A stretch of 64,000 nt of DNA. Origin: Candidatus Caenarcanales bacterium (GTDB taxonomy: Bacteria; Cyanobacteriota; Vampirovibrionia; LMEP-6097). Shown here in pieces: positions 1 through 9,931 of the stretch. Made by a program: the position numbers and the translations under genes. The stretch lies in assembly GCA_947459525.1 (NCBI GenBank), contig CANHDW010000001.1, positions 3,714 through 67,713 of the forward strand. The letters run 5' to 3'. Within the stretch, counting starts at the first letter, position 1; every line of letters begins with the position of its first letter. The notes under the pieces are model-generated. The model was not told where the DNA came from. It saw nothing but the letters and a program-made list of their open reading frames with translations, and did not search any database.

Positions 1-1360
1 ACTTGGGAGTAAATACCATTTCTCTTTACTAAGTTTATTCGTATCTAATATATCTTTAGCTCTAAAAGCATAATAATCGAGTGGGTGTGCGGCGATTAAA
101 TTATTAAAAACACGGCGAGCCTCATCATTACTGTTTCTTTCTAAATGAATTTTCCCCATCCAGAACGCCACAAAAGAATGCGACTTAGCATTAGGGAATT
201 TTTGCCAGTGTTCTTGATAAGTTTTCTCTGCTAGATGATAGGCTTTACGCTTATAATCGAGCCAAAAAACTCTAGCCATACTTTCAGCAGCATAATTACT
301 ATCTGGATATTTCTGAAACAGCTCTTCATAGTCAGTCTTAAGCTTAGTCACCTCAGCGATAGACCAGAGTAATTCATCCTGATTAGCTTTCGCCACTGCA
401 TAAATTTCTTTAAAACTAGGTAAAAGATTCGTCGAATCATCTAAAGTTTTTAAAGCCTCTAAAAGCTGCTGTGATACAGCAAGAGACTCTGTCAGCTTAA
501 GCTTGTCTACCAAAAATGCTTTAGCTAAATCATACTGCTTATTTTTCGCTAAAGTTCTAGCATAAGGTAAATAAAATTTATCAGTAAAATCCACAGCACT
601 AGAATCGAAATACTCTATAGCTTTTTCATAATTCTCTAAATGATAGTAGACCAAGGCTATATCATTTCTATACTGCTTTAAAGCCTCTATACCAGCCATC
701 TCTTCGACAGCGAGTGCAGCAAGATTAGCATTTGGTGACTTCTGTATATATTTCACTAATTTTTCATTTCTAATTTCAGGATCTTCACTTAAATTAGCTA
801 AATAATAATCAGCACCTAGAGCATATTCAGAATCAGGATATTTATTCTGGACTTCTGTAAAAAGCTTAGTCGCATTCTCTTTCAAACTCTGTCTGAGATA
901 TGATTTAGCCAGCATATATTTAAACTCTGGCTCATTCGGTAATACTTCTATTAATTTCTCTAAAGTATTTACTATCGCAGACTCGTCACCTACCTTAGCA
1001 GCATAATCGAGTAATATTTTCTTAGAGAAGCGTGGAAGGTAGTTATAGTCTATATCATAAGAATAAATATAAGCTATCATCGGCTCCCCTAAAGAATTAG
1101 CTAGCCTAGAAATTAAATATTTTCTGCGATTTTCAAGTAAATTAGACTTAAACTTAGTTTTAATCAGCTTCTTTAATTTATCTTGAGAAGATAAATTCGG
1201 ATTTTCAGTAATTTTATCTAAGGCTTTATTCGAAATTTTTTCGCCTAAATCGATTTTTTTAGGACTTTCAGCAGAACCAAAAAGCGTAAAAGTATAATAA
1301 GCGAAGCCTAAAAATAGGCTCAGTGATAGAAAAAAATATAGAGGTAAGTATTTTTTCATC
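1..1360 (-). CDS. Partial ORF (N-terminal ~453 codons, continues beyond window start). Secreted helical-repeat protein, possibly the superhelical N-domain of a soluble lytic transglycosylase (Slt70-like)
   Basis: An open frame on the minus strand starts at the ATG at 1358-1360 (MKKYLPLYFFLSLSLFLGFA, signal-peptide-like) and runs to position 1 with no stop. It is absent from the ORF track, probably because it is truncated by the window. TPR-like alpha-helical repeats and an HPLDYYAFRA motif recall Slt N-domains; the catalytic domain would lie outside the window. Confidence 0.45.
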
Positions 1361-1368
1361 TCGAATAA

Positions 1369-2049
1369 TTATAATGCTTTAGTAATCGCCCGTCCCATAA
1401 CTATGTAATCAGCCCCACTCGCTATAGCCTTCTCTGGGGTCATAATACGCTGCTGATCATCACTATTAGTATCCGTAAATCTAATCCCTGGACAAACTGT
1501 TAAAAAATTATTTCCACACTGCTTTTTAATTAAATTAGCTTCATGAGCTGAACATACCACTCCATCTAAGCCCGCTTCTTTAGAATTTAAAGCTAGCTTC
1601 AGAACATAATCTTCTAATGTAGTATTAATTAAAAGATCGTCCCTGAGCATATCCTGAGACATACTAGTAAGTATGGTAACTGCGATTAATTTAGTTTTAG
1701 GTGAGACTTCTTTTATCGCGTCAGCAGCAGCTTTCATAACAGCCTTACCCGCAAAGGAATGAATATTAGTAATATCTACATTTAACTTAGCTATAGCTTT
1801 TAAGGCTGATGCAGTGGTATTAGGGATATCATGAATTTTCAGATCTAAGAAAATCTTAAAACCCATATCCTGAATTTCACGAACCATCTCTGGTCCCTCA
1901 CTATAAAAGAGCTCCATGCCAATTTTAAGCATCGCAGGTCTAAAGCTTTCATCATTACAGCGTTTCAGAAATTTAAAAGTTTCCTCTTTAGAAGAAAAAT
2001 CTAATGCAACTATTAATTTATTTAAGGCTTCTGGGCTGAGTTTAGACAT
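1369..2049 (-). CDS. pyrF: Orotidine 5'-phosphate decarboxylase
   Basis: 226 aa with the LDLKIHDIPNT motif (D-x-K-x-x-D-I-P-N-T signature of OMP decarboxylase). Size is typical. Confidence 0.9.
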   Translation of the reverse strand: MSKLSPEALNKLIVALDFSSKEETFKFLKRCNDESFRPAMLKIGMELFYSEGPEMVREIQDMGFKIFLDLKIHDIPNTTASALKAIAKLNVDITNIHSFAGKAVMKAAADAIKEVSPKTKLIAVTILTSMSQDMLRDDLLINTTLEDYVLKLALNSKEAGLDGVVCSAHEANLIKKQCGNNFLTVCPGIRFTDTNSDDQQRIMTPEKAIASGADYIVMGRAITKAL

Positions 2050-2064
2050 GATATTTATTCTATA

Positions 2065-2480
2065 TTAGGTGTTTTTTAATATCTCAATATAAAAATTTTC
2101 AAAATCTTGAAGATGATTATTTAAAATGCTTTCTAATATAGAAACCTCTAAACTATCATAAGCATGTACTGCAATATTACGAAACCTACCATCTTAATTA
2201 ATTTTTGTGAAAGCTCATTGCTTATAATATTGTTTTTAGCCAGTAATACAAAGCTATCTTTCATTGAATTTGTGCTACCAAGCTGATTTACTGAGATAAT
2301 ATGAGTTGCTATATCTATAGAAGCTTGTATCGCACGCTCTAGATTAATGACTACAGCATCTTGAGTTTTGAAATCTGCGAGGCTAGAGCTATCTAAGTTA
2401 TTCGTATAGTTTTTAATACTATTCAAGCAGTTTTGAATATTGCCGATTTTTTGCCTGATTAGGTCTTGATTGAGTTTCAT
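2065..2480 (-). pseudogene. hepT: HepT-like HEPN toxin (DUF86) disrupted by a frameshift near 2175-2190
   Basis: The ORF-track 110-aa product ends ...KMVGFVILQYMLMIV. Shifting one frame at about 2180 gives FRNIAVHAYDSLEVSILESILNNHLQDFENFYIEILKNT* (stop at 2065-2067), which contains the canonical HepT R-x4-H-x-Y motif (RNIAVHAY). An intact gene would encode about 138 aa. Confidence 0.7.
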
Positions 2481-2487
2481 AGTTCAT

Positions 2488-2871
2488 TTATTTCCCTAAA
2501 TTCTTATAAAGCTCTCTATTAGTGATTTGCAGATCATGATATAAATTCACAGTTTTGATTTTCCATAACTCATAATCTAGAGAGGAATTAATAAAAACGA
2601 TTTGGTGATTTTTGAGAATTTCCATAGAGAGTATGGTATTCGCTGTATTTAAACAACAGAGATCTATATCTGGCAGTATATCTATTTCAGAAAGAGAGCT
2701 TGAAATATCTAAGATGTTTAAAGGCTTTTTATAATCAGTTAAGTAAGCTATATCTATATCACTAGTGGCTTTAGCAGTTTTATTAGCTTGAGAACCATAG
2801 ATTAACACTGCATGTAATGCTGAGTTAGACTGAAGCTTAGCTGTGATCGCCTTAATGAACACTTCTAGCAT
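2488..2871 (-). CDS. mntA: MntA-like minimal nucleotidyltransferase antitoxin
   Basis: 127 aa with [18 protein letters not shown] (the GS-x9-13-D-x-D motif of the pol-beta nucleotidyltransferase fold). It sits directly upstream of, and is co-oriented with, the HepT-like ORF, which is the classical MntA-HepT order. Confidence 0.75.
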   Translation of the reverse strand: MLEVFIKAITAKLQSNSALHAVLIYGSQANKTAKATSDIDIAYLTDYKKPLNILDISSSLSEIDILPDIDLCCLNTANTILSMEILKNHQIVFINSSLDYELWKIKTVNLYHDLQITNRELYKNLGK

Positions 2872-3778
2872 GACTTAAAGCAGCTCCAATAATTTCTTTC
2901 AGTGACTTAATTTGGGCACTCTCTAAATGATTCTCTAAAGCTTTTATCAACTCAGGACAAGCAAAGGGATCTATAAAATTAGCAGTACCTACTGCTAAGG
3001 CTGAAGCTCCAGCGAAAAAAAACTCTAAAGCATCATCCACAGACTGAATCCCACCCATCCCGATGATAGGTAAATTCACCTCACTTGCCACTTCATATAC
3101 CATACGAATAGCGACAGGTTTAATCGCAGGTCCAGAAAGACCGCCACTGCCTCTCGCTAGAATAGGCTTGCGAGTTTTTAAATCTATACGCATACCTAAA
3201 AGAGTATTAATCAGCGATAATCCATCAGCTCCAGCTCGCTGAGCAGCTTTAGCCATAGATACTATGCTGGTTACATTAGGCGAGAGTTTAACGAAGAGTG
3301 GAATATTTATCACCTTCTTCACCTCTCTAGTTAAGACTTCTAGAGACTCTTCATTAGAACCGAATTGTATACCATTATGCACATTAGGACAGGAGACATT
3401 AAGCTCTACAGCAGAGACATTTGTGACCTGACTTAATTTCGCACAGGTACTTACATAATCTTCGATAGAACTGCCAGCGACATTAGCAAAAATCGCAGTG
3501 TCATACTGAGCTAAAAAAGCCAATTCTTCAGCTACAACCTTTTCCACACCAGGGTTTTGCAGCCCTATCGAATTAAGCATGCCACCTGGTGTCTCAGCTA
3601 CCCTCGGCGTCCAGTTTCCAGTACGCGGCTCCCAGCTAGTAGCTTTAATCGCTATGCCACCTAAAACAGAAAGATCATAAAACTTAGCATACTCTCTACC
3701 GAAGCCAAAGCAGCCAGAAGCTGGCATTATCGGGTTCTTTAATTTAATTCCAGCTATTTCAGTAGCGAGCAAGTTCAC
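2852..3778 (-). CDS. pyrD: Dihydroorotate dehydrogenase, class 1 catalytic subunit
   Basis: 308 aa; [23 protein letters not shown] and IGMGGI motifs are typical of class 1 DHODH. Confidence 0.9.
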   Translation of the reverse strand: MNLLATEIAGIKLKNPIMPASGCFGFGREYAKFYDLSVLGGIAIKATSWEPRTGNWTPRVAETPGGMLNSIGLQNPGVEKVVAEELAFLAQYDTAIFANVAGSSIEDYVSTCAKLSQVTNVSAVELNVSCPNVHNGIQFGSNEESLEVLTREVKKVINIPLFVKLSPNVTSIVSMAKAAQRAGADGLSLINTLLGMRIDLKTRKPILARGSGGLSGPAIKPVAIRMVYEVASEVNLPIIGMGGIQSVDDALEFFFAGASALAVGTANFIDPFACPELIKALENHLESAQIKSLKEIIGAALSHARSVH

Positions 3779-3826
3779 GGTCTATGATTTTAGCAGTTTG
3801 TCAGCTTATAATGAAGACTAGTCACT

Positions 3827-5536
3827 ATGTCTGCCAGCAATTTTAATACAGCGAATCTTACTTATCGTCAATTAATTGGTAATGGACAAACGTATAATGT
3901 ACCTCATTTTCAACGTGATTATAGTTGGAGTAATGAAGAATGGGATGATTTGTGGCTTGATATTAATAACTTAATACGCGAGGATGAAGATGCGCACTAT
4001 ATGGGTTATCTAGTTCTAAGATCCAAAGATAGTAAAAATTTTGATATTGTTGATGGTCAGCAAAGATTAACTACACTTAGCATCCTTGCCCTAGCTGTCT
4101 TAAAAAACTTTGAAAGATTGATTAAAGAAGGCGTAGACCCTGAAAACAATAAATTACGTCAAGAACAATTACGTAATAGTTTTATTGGCTACTTAGACCC
4201 AGTAACTCTTTTATCTAAATCTAAATTAACTTTAAATAGAAATAATGATCATTTTTATCAGAGCTGTATTGTCAGTCTTACCGATATTCCGAAGCGCAAT
4301 CTCAGCTCTAGCAATCGCTTACTCCGTGAAGCTTTTAAATGGTTTGAAAAAAAAACTTGGGATAATTATGGAGCTAAACTTAATGGAGCTGAGTTAGCTG
4401 CTTTTATTGATAAATTAAGTGATAAATTATTTTTCACAGTAATAACAGTTACAGATGAGCTTAATGCATATAAAGTCTTTGAAACCTTAAATGCAAGAGG
4501 CGTAAAACTATCAGCTACCGACCTTCTCAAAAATTATCTTTTTTCTGTAATTTACAAAGACTCTAAAGAAAATAATGAAATCTCTCAAATAGAAAGTAAA
4601 TGGGAAGAATTAGTTTCTCAATTAGGTGGAGATGATTTCCCTAACTTTCTTAGAGCACACTGGAACAGTAGAAAATCCTTCGCAAGACATACTGAATTAT
4701 TTAAAACTATAAGAAATAGTATTAAGACTAGAGCTGAAGTATTTAAGTTATTAAGAAAAATGGAAGAGGATGTCGGTATCTATGCGGCTTTATCTGAGCC
4801 AGAAGATAATTTATGGTCCAATCCTAATATAAAAACTTACATAGGAGAGCTTAGAATGTTTAGTGTTAGACAAATCTATCCTCTCTTAATGGCTATTTAT
4901 CAAAATTTTGGACAAGATGACTTTGAGCTAATGCTCAAAGCCGCCTCCGTAATCTCTTTTCGCTATAACGTTATATGCAACAACTCAGCTAATGACCAAG
5001 AAAGGATTTATAATACTGTAGCTGAAAAGGTCTCATCTCAAGAGTTTAAATCCATCAATGATGTTTTAAATAGCTTAAAAGCTATTTACCCTAATGATGA
5101 TGCCTTTGAATATGCCTTTACCCATAAAGAACTCCGTACTACTCAAACAAGAAACAAAAAGGTTTTACGCTATATATTATTTAAGCTAGAAAACCATATT
5201 TCTCAGAATATTTTTGACCCAAATGCTGATATTTACAATATTGAGCATATTTTACCTGAACACCCCGATGATGGCTGGGACAGCTTTTCTGACGAACAAC
5301 ATGAGCAATTTTTATATAGAATTGGCAACATGACATTGCTTGACAGAAATGATAACAAAGAACTTGGAAATCATAGCTACGATATTAAAAAAATTCAATA
5401 TTCTAAAAGTTGTTTTAAGATAAGTACAGAAATATCAAATCTATATGACGAATGGGGTGTGGCACGCATTAATAGTAGGCAAGCATGGATGGCGAAACAG
5501 GCTAAATCTATTTGGAAAATTAGCCAGCTTTCTTGA
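3827..5536 (+). CDS. DUF262/DUF1524 two-domain protein, GmrSD-family type IV (modification-dependent) restriction endonuclease-like
   Basis: 569 aa. The N-terminus carries the DGQQRLTT motif (DUF262 ParB-like NTPase). The C-terminus carries NIEHILPEHP...IGNMTLLDRNDNKELGNHSY (DUF1524 His-Me/HNH-like nuclease). It lies alone between pyrD and bioD. Confidence 0.75.
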   Translation: MSASNFNTANLTYRQLIGNGQTYNVPHFQRDYSWSNEEWDDLWLDINNLIREDEDAHYMGYLVLRSKDSKNFDIVDGQQRLTTLSILALAVLKNFERLIKEGVDPENNKLRQEQLRNSFIGYLDPVTLLSKSKLTLNRNNDHFYQSCIVSLTDIPKRNLSSSNRLLREAFKWFEKKTWDNYGAKLNGAELAAFIDKLSDKLFFTVITVTDELNAYKVFETLNARGVKLSATDLLKNYLFSVIYKDSKENNEISQIESKWEELVSQLGGDDFPNFLRAHWNSRKSFARHTELFKTIRNSIKTRAEVFKLLRKMEEDVGIYAALSEPEDNLWSNPNIKTYIGELRMFSVRQIYPLLMAIYQNFGQDDFELMLKAASVISFRYNVICNNSANDQERIYNTVAEKVSSQEFKSINDVLNSLKAIYPNDDAFEYAFTHKELRTTQTRNKKVLRYILFKLENHISQNIFDPNADIYNIEHILPEHPDDGWDSFSDEQHEQFLYRIGNMTLLDRNDNKELGNHSYDIKKIQYSKSCFKISTEISNLYDEWGVARINSRQAWMAKQAKSIWKISQLS

Positions 5537-5569
5537 GAGTTGAAATTCAGCGACAATTAAATAAATTAG

Positions 5570-6259
5570 CTATGAAATAAATCTAGCCTGAACCACTTCA
5601 GCCACAGTCCGAAACTTAATCCCAGAAAACCGTTCTATAGAATTCAAACTAGCCTCTAACTGAGCTGCTTCCATAGCTTTACTAGTACGATGAAAGTCTT
5701 GCTGAATTTCAAATTCTACGTTACCACAAACCTCAGCCAAAATTAATGCCTGAATATTCAACCCCTTAGCTTTAGCATGTTCTATAGATAGTAAAGTCTG
5801 ATTAATAGTACCTAAGACTGGTTTAGTTATAAGCACAGTAGCTAAATTTAAAGCTTTAGCGACATCACTAATCATTTCAGTAGAATTAATCGGTACGGCA
5901 AGCCCTCCAGCCCCTTCTACGACGATAAATTTATAGTCCAGTTTTAATTTTTCAAAATCAAGAACTATTTTATTAATATCTACCGTCACATTTTCAAGCG
6001 AAGATGCATAATCTGGAGAAGCTGGAAAATCAAACTCATAAGTACAGTAAGTATCTATATCTGGGCAAGCCCTCTCTATACATTGATAATCAGCTTCATA
6101 AAAGATGTTACCAAAAAGCTCTTTAGCATCTTTACCACACTGAATCGGCTTATAGTAAGCTATGTAACGCCTGTCAATAATCTGAGCTACAGCCTCTATA
6201 ATCTTCTGAGAAAAAAAAGTTTTACCAACACCTGTATCAGTAGCAGTAATAAAAATCAT
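5570..6259 (-). CDS. bioD: Dethiobiotin synthetase
   Basis: 229 aa with the FITATDTGVGKT P-loop at the N-terminus, typical of BioD. Confidence 0.85.
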   Translation of the reverse strand: MIFITATDTGVGKTFFSQKIIEAVAQIIDRRYIAYYKPIQCGKDAKELFGNIFYEADYQCIERACPDIDTYCTYEFDFPASPDYASSLENVTVDINKIVLDFEKLKLDYKFIVVEGAGGLAVPINSTEMISDVAKALNLATVLITKPVLGTINQTLLSIEHAKAKGLNIQALILAEVCGNVEFEIQQDFHRTSKAMEAAQLEASLNSIERFSGIKFRTVAEVVQARFIS

Positions 6260-6304
6260 TCGTCCTCCTCAGCCTTGAACTTGTTCGTTCGGCTGCAAGC
6301 CCAA

Positions 6305-7660
6305 CTAATAAGTTAGGCTATTAGCCTCAGATTCACCAGCATTCTTCGGTAAAATACGTGCAGATAATTCGCTTTCTTCCAGCTCAATATCCGCCTGCTC
6401 AGGAAAATTATCTCCAAGATTTTTAAACATTTTATTTAAAATCAAACAAGACAGAGAATCAAAAGTTACATTTACCATAGTTCTTGTCATATCAAGAATA
6501 CGATCAATACTAATAATTACACCAATAGCTTCTAAAGGTAATCCTACAGCTTGAAATACTATAGCCATAGTAATTAAACTACCGTGAGGAATACCTGGAG
6601 TTCCAAAAGTCGCTAAGAGAACCATTCCCACCACAAATATCTGTTGAGTTAAAGTTAAAGGCTCTGGCAGCCAAGCTTGCGCCACAAACAAGGTAACAAT
6701 AGATTCATAAATAGCTGCCCCGCACATATTCATAGAAGCACCAATAGGAATAACAAAGCTCGCTATTTTATTAGGAATATTAAACTTCTTCTCTAAAGTT
6801 TCTAAAGTGATAGGAATAGAAGCAGCTGAACTAGAAGTGCTAAAAGCAGTCAGCATAACCTCTTTCATGCCACTGAAAAACTGTAATGGAGTAAAATCTG
6901 TAAAAAAGTGAACCAAAATCGGAGCCACTACTAATATCATCGCCGCAAAAGCAATTAATACAGTACTCACAAAAGGCATGTAATTCGCTAAAGAACTAAG
7001 ACCACCGATAGCAACAGTCTTTGTGATTAAAGCAAAAATACCAAATGGCGATATCGCCATAATCCAATGAGTGACTTTTAATATCGCATTTAAACAAGCT
7101 TTGAAAAAATCAAGAACCATCTTCCCATTTTTCACTTTAATTAAAGCAACAGAGAATAAGATAGAAACTAAAATAATCTGTAACAAAGAACCCGCAGCAA
7201 GTGACTTAAAGATATTATCGGGTACTATGCCGAATATTAAATCACCAAAGCTAAAGCTCGATTCAGTAATGAATTTCACATCATCAGCTGCCGGATTAGA
7301 GTCTATAAGACTATGTAAATCAATATGATAACCAGGTTTAAAGAAATTTACGAAGACAAGACCAAAGCCCGCTGCAAACAGCATCAAGCCTTTAAATAAT
7401 AAAAATGTTACTAAGCCTACTTTCCCTAAGCTCTGAACGGGTAAATGCCCAACCCCAACAATAATAGAAGAAATTATAAGCGGTAGAACTATCATTTTTA
7501 AAAGCTTCAGGAAAAGATCACCAATCCAGCTAATATGCGAAAGCTTAACGATTCCAAGACTTGGATCTTGCATATCTGTACCAGACACAGAGAAGAAATA
7601 ACCTAGTATCGCACCAAGGGCAAGACCGATAAAAATTCTCCAATGTAAATCAAGTTTCAT
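6305..7660 (-). CDS. Sodium/proton:dicarboxylate-amino acid symporter (DAACS/SDF family, GltP/DctA-like)
   Basis: 451 aa polytopic membrane protein; SSSAASIPITLETLEK...IPIGASMNMCGAAIYE is the conserved SDF family core. Confidence 0.8.
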   Translation of the reverse strand: MKLDLHWRIFIGLALGAILGYFFSVSGTDMQDPSLGIVKLSHISWIGDLFLKLLKMIVLPLIISSIIVGVGHLPVQSLGKVGLVTFLLFKGLMLFAAGFGLVFVNFFKPGYHIDLHSLIDSNPAADDVKFITESSFSFGDLIFGIVPDNIFKSLAAGSLLQIILVSILFSVALIKVKNGKMVLDFFKACLNAILKVTHWIMAISPFGIFALITKTVAIGGLSSLANYMPFVSTVLIAFAAMILVVAPILVHFFTDFTPLQFFSGMKEVMLTAFSTSSSAASIPITLETLEKKFNIPNKIASFVIPIGASMNMCGAAIYESIVTLFVAQAWLPEPLTLTQQIFVVGMVLLATFGTPGIPHGSLITMAIVFQAVGLPLEAIGVIISIDRILDMTRTMVNVTFDSLSCLILNKMFKNLGDNFPEQADIELEESELSARILPKNAGESEANSLTY

Positions 7661-7709
7661 AATTAATAGTTAAAGTTATAATATGCAATTTAGAAATTAA
7701 AAGCAAGCT

Positions 7710-8684
7710 TCAAGATAAAATTTTATTTTTATCTTGAAACCATTCTATGAATTTATCTAAACCTTCACTAAGATGCGTCTTAGGATTATAAGCAAGCAGT
7801 GACTTAGCTTTAGAAGTATCAGCACAAGTTATAGGAACATCACCTACCACCTTATCTTGATAAGAAATAATCGCAGACTTGTTTAGCTTAGTTTCAAGAA
7901 GAGATATTAATTCACTTACAGTGTATGTCCGTGATTCTCCTAAATTAAATATCTCAAATTTAGTATTAAAGTCTATAGCCTTAGTAATCCCATCTAAAAT
8001 ATCATCAATATAAGTATAATCACGCTGATAGGAGCCATCACCATAAACTGGAATGGGCTTTCCTGAAGATATCAGCTCTGAAAATTTATGGATGGCTAGA
8101 TCAGGTCTCTGCCTAGCTCCGTAAACAGTAAAGAACCTTAAACAAACTGACGAAAGAGAGTCTACCGAATGTGTCATCGCATGCACCATCGCTTCACCAG
8201 AGACTTTAGTCGCAGCATAGGGGCTGATAGGTTTACTAATATCTTCATCTTCTTTAAACGGTGTCACTGAGCGAGATCCATAGACAGAACTACTAGAAGC
8301 GAAAACGAATTTAGATACTTTATATTTCTTTGCAAGATCTAACAAATTAATGGTGGAGTGATTATTTACAGTATCGTAAAGCCGAGGATTCTCTAATGAA
8401 GGTCTAACACCAGCCATCGCTGCTAAATGAACTATATGAGTAAAATTATATTTTTCAAAAAGCTCTTCTAAAGCATCATAATCTAATAAATCAAGCTCAT
8501 AGACAGTAGCATTAGTGCTTAAATAATGTTTTTTACTATTATCACGCTTGATCTGAGGTGAATAAAAATCACAAAAATTATCGACCCCGACCAGCTTATC
8601 GCCTCTATCTATAAGTAAATCCATTAAATGTGAACCGATAAACCCAGCGGAACCTGTTATTAAGATAGTCCTAGAAGTATTCAT
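7710..8684 (-). CDS. NAD-dependent sugar-nucleotide epimerase/dehydratase (UDP-glucuronate/UDP-glucose 4-epimerase-like)
   Basis: 324 aa; ILITGSAGFIGSHL Rossmann motif and YAATKVSGE (YxxxK) catalytic motif of extended SDRs. Confidence 0.8.
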   Translation of the reverse strand: MNTSRTILITGSAGFIGSHLMDLLIDRGDKLVGVDNFCDFYSPQIKRDNSKKHYLSTNATVYELDLLDYDALEELFEKYNFTHIVHLAAMAGVRPSLENPRLYDTVNNHSTINLLDLAKKYKVSKFVFASSSSVYGSRSVTPFKEDEDISKPISPYAATKVSGEAMVHAMTHSVDSLSSVCLRFFTVYGARQRPDLAIHKFSELISSGKPIPVYGDGSYQRDYTYIDDILDGITKAIDFNTKFEIFNLGESRTYTVSELISLLETKLNKSAIISYQDKVVGDVPITCADTSKAKSLLAYNPKTHLSEGLDKFIEWFQDKNKILS

Positions 8685-9298
8685 AGCTGACCTTGTTCAA
8701 TAAAGCTATTAATAAGATTAACTATTCGCTCATGAAGCACTTCACGAGAATGATTCTCTACATTTATAATTTTCACTCGTTCTGGCTCTTCATGTGCGAT
8801 AGTCTTATAGCCATTGGCTACCCTAATGAAAAATAGTTTATTCTCCTGCTCAATTCTGTCTGGAACTCCCTCACGCCTTCTTGTAGCTTCATCTGCATCT
8901 ATCATTAACATCAAAGTAAGGTCGGGCTTAATACCTTTAGTAACATAAGCATTTAACTGCCTAATAATTCCTAAATCTAAATTCCTGCCATAACCTTGAT
9001 AGGCTAAAGTGCTATCAGTAAAACGATCACAGATAACGACTTTCGTCGGATCTTTAATTAAAGAATGATATTCTTCTACATGCTGGGCTCTATCAGCAAG
9101 ATAAACTAGCAATTCCGCTTTATCTGATACTTTATAATCCCTATCAAGAATTAATTCTCTAAGCCGTTTACCAAGATCAGTACCACCCGGATTAGAAGTA
9201 AATAACCAATCCTTATTATTCTCAGCCGCATACTTCTTTAATAAAGATACCTGAGTAGTCTTTCCAGCTTGATCTGGCCCTTCAATAGTAATGAACAT
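8681..9298 (-). CDS. tmk: Thymidylate kinase
   Basis: 205 aa; MFITIEGPDQAGKTTQ P-loop and DRF motif. 4-bp overlap with the epimerase gene. Confidence 0.9.
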   Translation of the reverse strand: MFITIEGPDQAGKTTQVSLLKKYAAENNKDWLFTSNPGGTDLGKRLRELILDRDYKVSDKAELLVYLADRAQHVEEYHSLIKDPTKVVICDRFTDSTLAYQGYGRNLDLGIIRQLNAYVTKGIKPDLTLMLMIDADEATRRREGVPDRIEQENKLFFIRVANGYKTIAHEEPERVKIINVENHSREVLHERIVNLINSFIEQGQL

Positions 9299-9325
9299 GA
9301 AATAAAATTATGACACGTATAAAAC

Positions 9326-9784
9326 TTAGATAGCTTGAACTTTAACGATAATAGTCACAGAAATCTGAGCAGCTAAATTTAGTTTAACTTCAAAATCACC
9401 AATAGCTCTAATAGGTGTTTTTAAATCAATCTGATCTTTAGCAATTTTAATAGAAAGCTGCTGCTCAACAGCGTTACTAACATCCTCTTTAGTAATAGCA
9501 CCGAAAAGCTTACCAGATTCACCAGCTTTAGCCTCAATCTTAACAAACTGCTCATCAAGCTTAGCTTTAAGCTGTTCTGCTTTTTCTCTTCTCTGCTGAG
9601 CTTCTTCTTCAAGTTTACTCTTTCTCACTTCATACTCGGCAAGCGTAAATCTATTAGCCAGATGAGCAAGACCTCTTGGTAAAAGAAAATTTCTAGCGTA
9701 ACCAGGTTTTACTTTTACAAGTTCACCAGCCTTACCTAAATGTTCAACATCATCAACTAAAATTAAATCTAAAGCAGAAGCCAT
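9326..9784 (-). CDS. rplI: 50S ribosomal protein L9
   Basis: LVDDVEHLGKAGELVKVKPGYARNFLLPRGLA matches the L9 N-domain. The true start is probably the internal M (MASALDL...) at 9784 rather than the track start at 9817. Confidence 0.85.
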   Translation of the reverse strand: MASALDLILVDDVEHLGKAGELVKVKPGYARNFLLPRGLAHLANRFTLAEYEVRKSKLEEEAQQRREKAEQLKAKLDEQFVKIEAKAGESGKLFGAITKEDVSNAVEQQLSIKIAKDQIDLKTPIRAIGDFEVKLNLAAQISVTIIVKVQAI

Positions 9785-9931
9785 AAGAAAATTTATTTTA
9801 ACACAATCAAATTTCACAATGGACGAAATATTATTCTTCCTTAATGAAGTTATTTTATCTTTGATAGAATATTTTCTTTAAGTCAATTTTGATTTATCAA
9901 GATCTAGCTTAAGAGTCCCACAAATTCCTGA

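Noticed and set aside
9421-9612. Many 60-150-aa ORFs in the six-frame track lie antisense to, or nested within, well-supported genes (e.g. 9421..9612, 10147..10332, 11755..12003, 16405..16599, 18149..18403, 19152..19400, 23842..24105, 24316..24573, 30535..30810, 33439..33696, 38900..39187, 40687..41100, 45135..45440, 47588..47860, 49605..49874, 51348..51599, 54897..55094, 58251..58874, 59545..59988, 61144..61389)
   Set aside because: They overlap confidently identified conserved genes on the opposite strand or in another frame. Their products are low-complexity (S/L/K/F-rich), typical of antisense translation of AT-rich coding DNA, and have no motifs.
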